Shown: piece by piece, positions 25,464-35,698 of the stretch
Layout of the letters: each line of letters begins with the position of its first letter
Position numbering within the stretch: position 1 is the stretch's first letter
Source of the DNA: Emiliania huxleyi CCMP1516
Lineage: Eukaryota
Direction: 5' to 3'
NCBI RefSeq assembly: GCF_000372725.1
Contig: NW_005201286.1
Location: forward strand, 1-64,000
DNA: 64,000 nt
Made by a program: the position numbers and the translations under genes
The notes under the pieces: model-generated
Seen by the model: the letters and a program-made list of their open reading frames with translations, nothing else
What the model was told of the DNA's origin: nothing
Database searches by the model: none

Positions 25464-27217
25464 CTAAAAGAGGCGCGCTTCCATCTGGTGGCCCTCAACC
25501 TCGCTGTACCTACCAACCGCCTCCTGGTCGTCGTCCTCCTCGCTCACCCGCTGCGGCCGCCCCCTGGGGCTGGCCAGCTCAGGCACGCGCACGGCCCGGC
25601 TCACCAGCGCTAGAGCCAAAACTAGGGCGCCCATGCCCGCAGTCACCGCAAGAGTTGCGTCCCTCTGCTGCTGCGTGGGTCCGCGGAAGCCGCGAATGGG
25701 ACGCATCTCGCCCAGAGACACAAACGGCGGCTGGAGCGGTCTTGGCGGCGGTGGCGTGAGGGGCTGCGGCGGCGGCGGCGGTGGGGGTGGCGGCGGCGGC
25801 TCCTCGGGGCTAGGCGGCGGCGACGTGGGCGGAGGCGGCAGAGGCGGAGGCGGCAGAGGCGGAGGCGGCAGAGGCGGAGGCAGGCTGGGTCGAGGGGGAG
25901 GCGGTGGCGGTGGCTGAAGTGGAGGCGGCAGCGAAGGCGGCAGCGGAGGCGGCAAGAATGGCAGCAGCGGAGGCGAAAGAGGTGGTGGCAGGGGTGGGGG
26001 CAGCAACGGCGGTAGCAACGGACTCCGCAGCGGCGGCAACCGCGGCGGCGGCGGCAACCGCGGCGCTGGCGGCGGCAGCGGCGGCAGCGGCGCTGGCGGA
26101 GGTAGCGGCGGCGGTGGAGGTGCCGGCGGCAGAACCGGCGGTGGCGTGATGGCGGCAAGTGCTGCTGCCGCAAGCTGTGCCCTTGCCTTTGCCGCCGCTG
26201 CCTTCTCCTTTGCATCGCGCGCCACCGAGTCCGCAGCGATTGCGGAGACCTTGGACGCTGCGGCGGCGGCATGGGCGTCTGCGGCCTCGGATGCGGCTTG
26301 CGCAAGCCTGGAGGCCTCCCTCGCCGCCTCCGCCTCCGTCTCTGCCGCCTCTGCCTCCGCTTCCGCCTCTGCTAGGGCGAGCCGCGCCGACTCGAGGCAC
26401 CACTCGTCCGACTGGCCCTCGCACGAGGAGGGGCTCGTCAGGTTGTGAGCGGCGGCGCCCGCATCGACGTCTGGTGCCGGCCGAGGCGGAGGCGTCGGCT
26501 CTTGCAACGGAGGAGGAGGCTGTGTTGTCGGCGAGCGCGCTTGTGGCGGCAGCAACGGCAATGCGCGCTCAGCGGTGTGCGGTGACGGCAGCAAAGGCGG
26601 CGGCGGTGGCGGCGGCGGCGATGGCGGCGGAGGCGGCGGCGGAGGTGTAGGCGGCGGCGGCGGTGGCGGCGGCGTAGGCGGCGGCGGCGGTGGCGGCGGC
26701 GGGTTCGGCGTAGGGTGGCACTGGCATGACTGCCAGTCGAGGTACACGTTGACGCCGAGCCGCATGACCTGCTCCTTTTGCAGCTTGGTCGAGGCGTAGC
26801 ACGTGTTGGTGAGCAGCTGCTCGTCCTCAAAGAGGGGCCAGATCTCTGCAAGGGGGGAGGCACGCAGCTTGGGAAGTCATCCGGATGCCGGCCCAGGCTG
26901 CGGCAGCCGCGGGTGCCCATGCACGTGACGCCTCTCTCTACATCTGGTGCAACTGGGGGAGGGTGCGCGCCTGGCCGGCCGCAGAAGAAGATCTTTTGCG
27001 GCGGCGGCGGCGGCCTCGCCGGCTGCGGCGGCGGCGCCGGCGGCGTCGGGAGGCATGCGCAGCTCTCCTCGGAGTCAAAGACGGTGACGCCCGACTCTTC
27101 GAGCTCCTTTCGCCCAGAGGAGGAAGTGGTGTAGCAATGCGTGGTGATGAGGGGGTTGGAGTCGGAGATGTGAAAGTACGAGTTGGCCGCCGCGCTGCCG
27201 CAGTACCAGAGACGCAT
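25464..27217 (-). CDS. Proline-rich probable membrane protein with two small Cys modules and C-terminal TM; at least one intron
   Basis: Two similar modules (YCG...LITTHCY...GVTVFDSEESCAC and FCG...LLTNTCY...GVNVYLDWQSCQC), poly-Pro linkers, TM LAVTAGMGALVLALALV. Confidence 0.55.
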
Positions 27218-27448
27218 ACGCCTAGCGAGCCGGCCCGGCCGGCATATGGGCGGCCAGCCAAGTCTTTTGCCGCGACCCGCCGTCCTGAGCGCGCTTTTAT
27301 TTACGGCGGCCGCTCGGATTATCTCATAGCGGGGGGGGGGGGGGGAGTTCTAAATTTCGCTTTCTTCTTATCTGAAACGCGCGCGGGGGCCGCCCGCCGC
27401 GGACTATAGCAAGGGAGATTCGAGAGCTGCGCTCGAGCGAGCAGGTCC

Positions 27449-28012
27449 ATGTGCAAGCGCAAACGTGACGACACGGCCACCGAGGCCGAAGCCTTTGTCG
27501 CCAACGCCGCACCTGCCGTGGCCTCAGAAGCAAGTGCGCTGACCAGGGGGCTGACGCTCAAGGGCGCGCTGTACAATCACTGCATCCTCAACGGTCACAA
27601 GCGGGTGGAGAACCGGCCCTTTCGTATCAAGCCAGGTTGGTACGCGCTACACACTGGCGTCGGAAAGTTGGCGGCCGAGGACGCGAAGCGGATTCACGCG
27701 CGGATGGGCGGCGCCTGCCTCCCTGATGAGTGCTCGCTTCCGCACGGCGTCATCGTTGGCGCTGTCCACTTCTGTGGCGGCCTCAAGCACTCCGACTGCG
27801 CCGAGGATCATTGGGCCACCGGCCCGATATGCAATGTGATTGACGCCTATTGCGCGCTGAGGCGGCCTGTTCCCCACCGGGGAGCGCTCAGTCTGTGGAA
27901 GATCAAGCCTGACGCCCTCGCCGAAGTGCAGGCGCAGCTGGCGAGCGCACCCGTCCACCTCAATGCCGACGTGTCCTCTTTCTTCTTGCGTGGCCGCCCG
28001 TCGATAGCCTGA
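27449..28012 (+). CDS. ASCH-domain protein (ASC-1-like)
   Basis: GLTLK...ILNGHKRVENR (GxKxxExR), ALHTG, LPHGVIVGAV, WATGP, PVPHRGALSLWKI. Confidence 0.85.
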   Translation: MCKRKRDDTATEAEAFVANAAPAVASEASALTRGLTLKGALYNHCILNGHKRVENRPFRIKPGWYALHTGVGKLAAEDAKRIHARMGGACLPDECSLPHGVIVGAVHFCGGLKHSDCAEDHWATGPICNVIDAYCALRRPVPHRGALSLWKIKPDALAEVQAQLASAPVHLNADVSSFFLRGRPSIA

Positions 28013-28389
28013 CCCCCGCGCGGGTCCGACGGGATGTGGACGCCACGCAACACGCTGGCAGCACGGTTGCACACGAGTCAACTCGCGTTCCGGGACGCGC
28101 GCAAAGGCTCGATTGAGTCTTTTTGCGTGCTGTCTCGCCCTTCTCAACTGTCTGTGCGTGTGCGTCTTGGGCTCGGGGTTGTGCTTGTGTGGCGCATTTT
28201 GTTGAGAGAGCGGGGAAAATCGGAAAGCGCGGGGTGAAATATCTCTACTAGTACGGCTAGAGTACATCAGCATCAGATAGGCTCCTCTCTCTACGCAGGC
28301 TTTAGCTGAAAAGGCACATTCGACAAAGGAGACAACTATACAACACGTGACTGCTAATCAACTGCGCTAAAATAAAGAACGCGAGGGCT

Positions 28390-31300
28390 CACTCTACAGG
28401 GCTCACTCGGAAGAGAGAACTTCGCCAATGTTGCGCGTCTCTGTTCCTCATTCCCGCGGGCCCTGACCCAGGCAGCTGCCCACCCCCACCCCCACCCCTC
28501 GCGCGCGCAACACGTCTGGATGCAGCGAGATTGCCCGATATTACTCGAGATTGCCCGAGGGGTGCAGCACGTCTGGGTGCAGCGAGCAGCCGATGTGCTC
28601 TCCCGCCGCCAGGCCGCAATCGAACCCCGCCTGGTTGCAGTCACACGCCACGCTGGTGAGACAACCGTGTCACGCCCCCCCCCCCCCCCTCCTCCTTTGG
28701 CAAGCAGGGCGGCCGCCCGCCTCCTTCCACGCCCGGTGCATCGTGCCGGGCCGCTCGTCAAAGAGTATGTCGTCGCCGCACCTGACACCGACATGGGCGG
28801 CCAGTCACTTCTCGTCGGGAGCCAGACCAGACGTCAGGCAAGACTCCGTCGCCGCACCAGCGCGTCGCGTAGCCTCGCCTGCGGCGCGTCGAGCTGGCCG
28901 GGTTGCCTGCGGGCTCCGAGCAGGCAAGGTCAGGCACACTTCTCCACACGCACGCGCGGTGGTAGGGCAGGGGTCCAGCGCAGCCCTCGCATCTCCGCAT
29001 CCTGACAGGCAGGAGCCCCACGGCACATCCCCTGCGCCATCGCGGCGTGGGAGAATCTCGAGTAATCTCGGCTGCCGCTCGGCTGCCTCTCGGCTGCCTC
29101 TCGGCTGTGTCTCGGCTCGCCTGGGGCGCCGTGCATCATCGCAGAGTAGAAGAGGAGCACGTCGCCCGGCGCCTTCAGGGAGGATCGGACAAGCTCCGGG
29201 AGAGGGTTTGGAGAGGGTTTGGAGGAGGGGTGGAGGGGGGTTGGAGGAGGGTTGGAGGAGGTTCGCAGGGTTCGGAGGGTTCGAACGGGGCGGTGGAGCC
29301 ACTCTGGGCGAGTCTCGGCGTATCTCGGCGGCCATTCTCGGCACCATGTCCCAGCCGAGCAGCTCGTACTGGCCGCTGGCGACGCCCGCGTCGATGTCCG
29401 GCACGGGCGGGTAGCCTTCTGCGCCGTGGTACACGTTGCGCGAGTCCACCTGCAAGGGGGGCGGAGGTATCTGCATTATCTCGGCAGTATCTCAAGTTAT
29501 CTCGGCAGTATCTCGGCTACATCTCGGCCAGGAAGTGTCTCAGAAGTGTCTCGGAAGTGTCTCAGAAGTGTCTCAGAAGTGTCTCGGAAGTGTCTCGGAA
29601 GTGTCTCAGAAGTGTCTCAGAAGTGTCTCGGAAGTGTCTCAGAAGTGTCTCAGAAGTGTCTCGGAAGTGTCTCAGAAGTGTCTCGGAAGTGTCTCAGAAG
29701 TGTCTCGGAAGTGTCTCGGAGGTGTCTCGGAAGTGTCTCAGAAGTGTCCCGGAAGCGTCTCTGACCTCGTCCGAGCCGGAGAAGTTTGTGATGCGGTGCG
29801 TCAGGCCCCAGGTGTGCGAGCCTGTCATGCACCACAGCACCGATGTCATAAAGTGAGATCACTAGCAGCAAGAATGGAGCCGAGCCCCCAAGAGGGCGAG
29901 CCTGCAATGCACACTGCTCATCAGCGATACCCTACCCAAGACTGCACCATGCCGCCGCCCCGAGTGCGCGGCCTTTGACATACGCGAGGCCTACAGACAG
30001 GCTCCGACCCGAGACAGCTCCAAGAGCGTCCTGCACGCTGCCTGTCATCGTAGACTGAGCTCTGAGCGCACACGAGCGCATCAGAGCTCATGAGAGATTA
30101 CGTCGTGTCTGTCCGTGTGTCGGCACTCACCTCTCTCCCTCGGCACCTGCTCACAGCCGGAGGCGCGTGAACAGACGCTCTTCACAGCCGCGCGCCCCTC
30201 TCTCTCCCTCGGCACTTCGTCGAGGGCGAGCCAGACCGAGCAGACCTGCAGATATGGGGAGATCTGGGGAGATCTGGGGAGATCTGGGGAGATCTGGGGA
30301 GATATGGGGAGATCTGGGGAGATCTGGGGAGATCTGGGGAGATGTGGGCGAGCCAGACCGAGCAGACCTGCAGTGTGTGACATACACGTAGGTGCTAAGT
30401 TTCTCCGAGACCTCGCGAGCGGGCAGTTATTCACAGCTGGGCAGTGTGGCGAGGGCAGGGGTGGGTGGTGTGTGACACATGCCGTCACATCGCATCACAC
30501 GACAGCGGCAGGAGCAACCACATGCCATGTGGAGTGTGCATGTGCTATCCTGTCACACCATATAGCCAGCATAGCACGGCCAGACCGACCGGAGCCTGCC
30601 GCCCCCGAAGCAAGTGACTGTGGCTCTGCTGCAGCGGTCACCCCCCGCTAAGCTGGCGACGGGCGCCTGCTTCCCATCCGTATGCTGGTGCTCTCCTCCG
30701 TATCATGAGATCAGAATGAAGGGACTACTAAGACCATTTGGCAGGCGCCTGCTTCCCGCGCAAATGCCAGTAGGACGTGTCGTTGTGCCACGGGGTCGGC
30801 GCCTGCAAAAGGGTTCCAGGACAGGTCTAGGACGGGTCTTGTGCCGGTAGGGCGTGTCGTTGTGCCGTGGGGTCGGCGCCGCGGTGCCCGGCTCCTTGAC
30901 GAAGAGCTGGTCGTAGAGGATGTGCGCCTGTCCACAGCGACATGGCTGTGAAGAGACGCCGTCCACACCCACTTTGGCCTGCACCTCGAGCGCATTTTGC
31001 CTGTCCACAGGGCTGCAGCAGCCGTGACGAGACGGCCTCTCGCCAACGACTGGCCGAGCTTCTGACTGCGCCGTCCGCGACCCCATTGCACGTGCGGCGA
31101 TGGCGCCCGCGCCTGAGGTGAGTGGCAACGACGCGTCGGTGGGCGGAGGTGGCGACGACGGCGGCGAGGGTGGCAGCAGCAGCAGCAGTGGGAGCGGGAG
31201 GTGGGGCGGGGCGCTGCAGAGCAAGGCGGAGGCAGGGCGGCGGCGGTTGTCACAGTGAGAGCGCGGTTGCGACGGGGGCGGCGAGAGGAGGCGCGGGAGA

Positions 31301-31884
31301 GGGGGGGGGGGGGGGGCCAAAAAAAAAGGGGCCAGCGGGAAGGGTGAGAGCAGAGACGCCGGCGAGCCACACTGCTCTCACCCGCGCGGAGCACAAAGTC
31401 TGCAAAGATGGCGTGGCGGTGCCAGAGGAACTGGTCGTCGTGGAAGCGTCCTCCGGTGCCGGCGGCGGCGGCGTGCTCGTCGCAGAGCGGGCCTGTGGGG
31501 GAAGGCCGTCCCGAGACGGCTGAGGCGAGGCTCCGACAAGGGACTCGGTGAGCCCACCACAGAGCGGCGGGCCTGGGTCGGAGAGGTTCGCCTCGGCGCC
31601 TTCGCGCATCGCCTCCACCCACGGCGCGAACGTGCCGCGCAGGACGATGGCGCCGTCCTAATAGCAGCGGCGAGGACATTGGAGCCGGTCACGCCAGGTG
31701 ACAGTGCGGCTGTGCCACTCTCCTGATTGAAGCGCGAAATGTCGGCATCGGTGAGCACGGAGGCGTCGACGCTGGGCAGCGAGGCGGACGCGGCGCTGGA
31801 CGTCGGCAGCGTGCCGGGTGTTGGTAAAGGAGCGGTCGAGAACAGGCGCCGCCCGGCGCTAGGACGGCGTCGCAGGCACTGCAT
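28390..31884 (-). CDS. PhyH-family Fe(II)/2-oxoglutarate dioxygenase, many small exons, mitochondrial-type presequence; 3' end approximate
   Basis: Spliced motifs FNQ|DGAIVLRG, YDQLFVKEPG, TPWHNDTSYW (HxD), VCSVWLALD, LAYVK|GSH, PGDVLLF...MHGAPGN, RRGYATRW. Confidence 0.85.
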
Positions 31885-32029
31885 TGGACAAGTGTCGTGT
31901 TGGGCCGGCGATGGGTAGGTTCAACATCTTTGGGGGCAGGTGGCTACGCGGGTAGTGGCCGTGACGCGCGATACACGACATGTACATGTGGTTCCACCAC
32001 CCCTCAAGGCCTAGCCTCTGATCGCCACC

Positions 32030-32530
32030 GTTCCCAGGCTGCCTAATGGGATGGAAAGGAAGGAAGGCTGGGCGAGCGTATAGAAGCGTGCTCGACCTCG
32101 TCGTGGCAACCTGCAAGGCAGCGCTGGCAGGCGCGATGAGCGTCGTGCCACCTGACCCGAGACGAGTCGCAGGCGTCGTACCGAGCGTGTCGAGACCGTG
32201 TACTGATGTGATCTGCACGGGCGAGTCACGTCGGCGTCAACAACTGCACTCCAAGTGCTCCAAGTGCGAGTCCTCGTCGACAACAAACCCTGCAGTGGTC
32301 GGCATCAGCGCGCCGGGCGCCGCAGCAGCTCGACGAGGTCCAGGAGGACCTCCTTGTGCCGCGTCTGGTGGCCCGCCGCGCCGTCGTTCTGCGCCACGTC
32401 GCCAAGGGCGTCAAAGGGCAGATCGTGCTGGCTGTAGATGCCGTCCGCCATAACGATCGTCATCATCGACAGGTGCAATCCGAAGCGGCGCTGCAGCGCG
32501 AAGCGCAGCACGTACGAGGGCAGACGGAAG
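32030..32530 (-). mobile_element. Possible degenerate non-LTR retrotransposon fragment
   Basis: FALQRRFGL...DALGD...GHQTRHKEVL resembles the pre-endonuclease region of CRE-type elements. Disrupted by stops. Confidence 0.3.
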
Positions 32531-32604
32531 TGCGCGCGGGTCGGGATGGGTTTTGATTTTTTTCCAAGGTTCGTCACACTCCCCCCCGAGACCGCCGCGT
32601 GCCG

Positions 32605-33764
32605 ATGGCCTCCCACCGCATCGGCGCCCGCGTCTCGAGCCTCTCGCCAGCGCAGCTGTGCGCCATCATCGAGGCGCAGGCGGGCGCGAGCGACGCCGCG
32701 CTGCGCGTGGCGGAGGAGCACGCCGCTCGGCTCGTGGAGCAGCCCGAGTGGGTGCTCTCCGAGGTCCTCCTCTCGCCGGACCTCGCCCCGCACGTCCTCG
32801 CCCAGCTGCCGATCAAGGCGCACGCCGCCAAGGGGACGTGCCGCGCGTGGCGCCGCGGCTGGAAGGAGACGCTGAAGAAGCGCGAGAGGCCGCGCCTGCT
32901 CGTGATCGGCGGCGAAGACCGCGAGGGCGAGTTCCTCAGCTCGATGGAGCGGTACGACCCGTCCACAAACGAATGGGAGGAGGAGGCTGTGGCGCCGATG
33001 CCAACGACACGCAGGTGTGTCCGCACGGCGGTGCTCGATGGCAAGCTCTACGCGGCGGGCGGCCGTGGGGCTGACGGCGCAACTTCCAACCTGGTGGAGC
33101 GGTACGACCTTGCTGCGAACGCGTGGGATGCGGTGGCGCCGATGGTGACAGCACGGGATGCTCACGGCATGGCGGTGCTCAACGGCATGCTGTACGGCGT
33201 TGGCGGGTATGCTATTGACGACGTCCTCAGCTCGACGGAGCGGTACGACCCTCTGTTGGATCGATGGGAGGCAGTGGCGCCGTTGAGGACGGCTCGGGGT
33301 TGTCCGGCTGTGGCGGTGATCGACGGCAAGCTGTATGCGGTGGGCGGACAGGCTGACGACTTTGCCCTCCTGCGCTCGGTGGAACGGTACGACCCCGCTA
33401 CGGACGCGTGGGTCGCAGTGTCGCCGATGAGGACGGCGCGATGAGTCCGGCCGTGGCGGTGCTCGACGGCAAGCTGTACGCCGTGGGCGGGCTTGGCGAT
33501 GGAGGCGCTCTCCTCTCGGTCGAGCGGTACGATCCGGCGGCAGACGAGTGGAGGGTGGTGGCTTCGATGGCCACGGCTACGCAATCTCCGGGCGCGGCGG
33601 TGTTGGATGGCAAGCTGTATGCTGCGGGTGGGCGCAACGACGGTGGCGGTGCCGTCCTCAGCTCGGTCGCGCGGTACGACCCGGCGAGGAATTCGTGGGA
33701 GGGGGTGGCGCCGATGGCGACGCCAGTGGCCTGTCCTCTCGCTGTCTTTATCCCGTCAGTCTAG
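32605..33764 (+). pseudogene. F-box-like + kelch-repeat (about 6 blades) gene with frameshift near 33440
   Basis: Repeated VLDGKLYAVGG...SVERYDP...W..VAPM. Frame breaks at ...ACG GCG CGA TGA and resumes MSPAVAVLDGKLY. Could be a sequencing error. Confidence 0.75.
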
Positions 33765-34259
33765 GCGTGGGTAGCGGGTCAGCTTGAGCAGGTGAGCGCC
33801 GAGGGGAGGGCGGGCTGCGAGATGCTGTGTGTGCCCTCCCCCCACGGCGGCTGCTGTGTGCCGCCGTGCCGAGCGCGAGGGTCGCCGACGGCGCGTGCGC
33901 CTCGCTCGACACCATCCTCACTGCATGACACATCTCTCGTGGACCTTTCTTCTCCGTGGACCTAAATTTAGTTCACTAACCTCTTCGTCCTTCCACCTTC
34001 GCGCATCACGGTTCGAATTCGAGCACGCCCCTCGTCCACGGCCGGCGGCCGGCGCGGCGAGGTTTGGGCTGAACCCGGGGTTTGGGCTGCGTTCGTTCGC
34101 GTTCGAGTCACGAAAATTCGCGTGAACTCGAAGGGCTGCGGCCCGTCCCCTCAGCCCTCTCATACGACATACCCTCACTCCCCTCCCTCTCTCTACACTC
34201 GTGTGAGTGAGGGAGACATACTCTACACTCGTCCCTGGCGATACCCAAGAGGAACTGGC

Positions 34260-34340
34260 AGAGAATACAAGAAGAATTTAGACAAAACAACTCTCTCTCA
34301 CAGCAGACAGGCTCGACACAGGTAGGTAGGTAGGTAGGAA
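34260..34340 (-). repeat. Diverged reverse copy of the 3'-anchored repeat family next to (GTAG)n
   Basis: Reverse complement reads (ctac)n...ctgctgtgagagagag...taaattcttcttg, similar to 22820-22930. Confidence 0.6.
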
Positions 34341-34473
34341 GGTGAAGAACAGTCAGGCTCGGACTGGACACCAACGCGGTATGGGTGGACGCAAGACAGA
34401 TGATGACGACACGCACGAGCGACACACAGACACAAACAAGCTCACAAGACACACAGCCAGCTGGCTGCCACAC

Positions 34474-34588
34474 ACCCTGAGTTGGCGTACACATAACTCA
34501 GGGCCACATTCCTCCTGTCGCCCCCCCCAGCACTCCAAGGTGCCAAGAGAAACAAACAAGGGCACAACATCACAACAGACGACAGGAG
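34474..34588. repeat. ~110 bp dispersed repeat, inverted copy at ~45117-45227
   Basis: acacataactca...cctgtcgccccccccagcactcca.ggtgccaagag...acaacagacgacagga shared. Confidence 0.85.
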
Positions 34589-35698
34589 GTAATATGCGAG
34601 GCTAGAGCAGGCTTGCTCCACCTCTAGCAATCTCGCCGCCCGGCGAGGCACGGACGAGACCGTGTGTGGGGTTAGTGAGGTGTCTATGGTCGCCCTCCTC
34701 ACGGGCTGGCCGCCAGCGGCCAGCCCTATCTCGCACTCACTGGCGGTGACAATTCAATGTGTGAGTGTTAGCGAACAGAGGCACGTGTGCTAATTCTAGG
34801 CCGCACGTCGTGGCACTATGACGAAGGTAGACGTGCGGCTGCAGCGCGCCCGCCGCAGGCTCGGCGGTGCGCGCGTGTTAGCGATAAAGTTGCGGGTAGA
34901 GCCGTTCCCGACTTGTCGAATGCGAGGCCTCTGCGACGAGTGCCAGTCGCGCTGCGGAGCCACGCTCTTCGAGCCGCCTCCCGTCGGCACTACCCTCGAG
35001 TGCGTGTCGCTTTGGTTGGCGACACCCACTCGTCGAGGGCAGTCCGGCCGACGGGAGCCTGTCGCGCGCCGGCGACGAATGCGGCGGGGTGGGTGTGGGT
35101 ACAAAGCGCCGCTTCGACGAAGCGAGGTTGGCAGGCGCCCCTCACGAGTCCGTTCAGACATGCCACACGCCCCTCGCAAGCGAGGTTAGTAGGCGCCCCT
35201 GGCGAGACCCGCAAGAGATGCCACACCACCCTCGTACCTATACTCCACCAATGAGAAGGTGAAAAGATCTTATCAGCTAGGCGGGCAGGGCAGGCGGGCA
35301 GGCGGGCGGGGTCAGCGAAGAGGGCCCTCGGGTTACGCCTCGCCCGGCACCCTCCGAGGGGGGAAGGGGAAAGAGGGGGGCCCTCGGGGTGCGCCTCTCC
35401 CGGCCCCCTCCGAGGGGGGAAGGGAACTATTCTCTGTCCATCTACAGCGTGGGTGGTGGTACACTGCGTCGAGACAGCTCCGCCTCGCGCCCTGCCTTCC
35501 TGGAATACTTGCCAATACCCGACGCGGAATACAATACGTAATTAATTAATGAATTAACTAATTAGGTTAGGACGTGGAATACAGCACTCGAGCGACACAG
35601 GTGCGAACTGGCGCGTATACAAGAAGAAATCGACGACTGACGGCGAACAACTCGCTACGCTCTCGCTCTCGAGCTGCGGTGGCCCCGCCGGCGCCGGG

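Noticed and set aside
29530..29760. Long regular array (ggaagtgtctc)n as a possible CRISPR
   Set aside because: Contiguous 11-mers with no unique spacers, inside an intron, and no cas genes.
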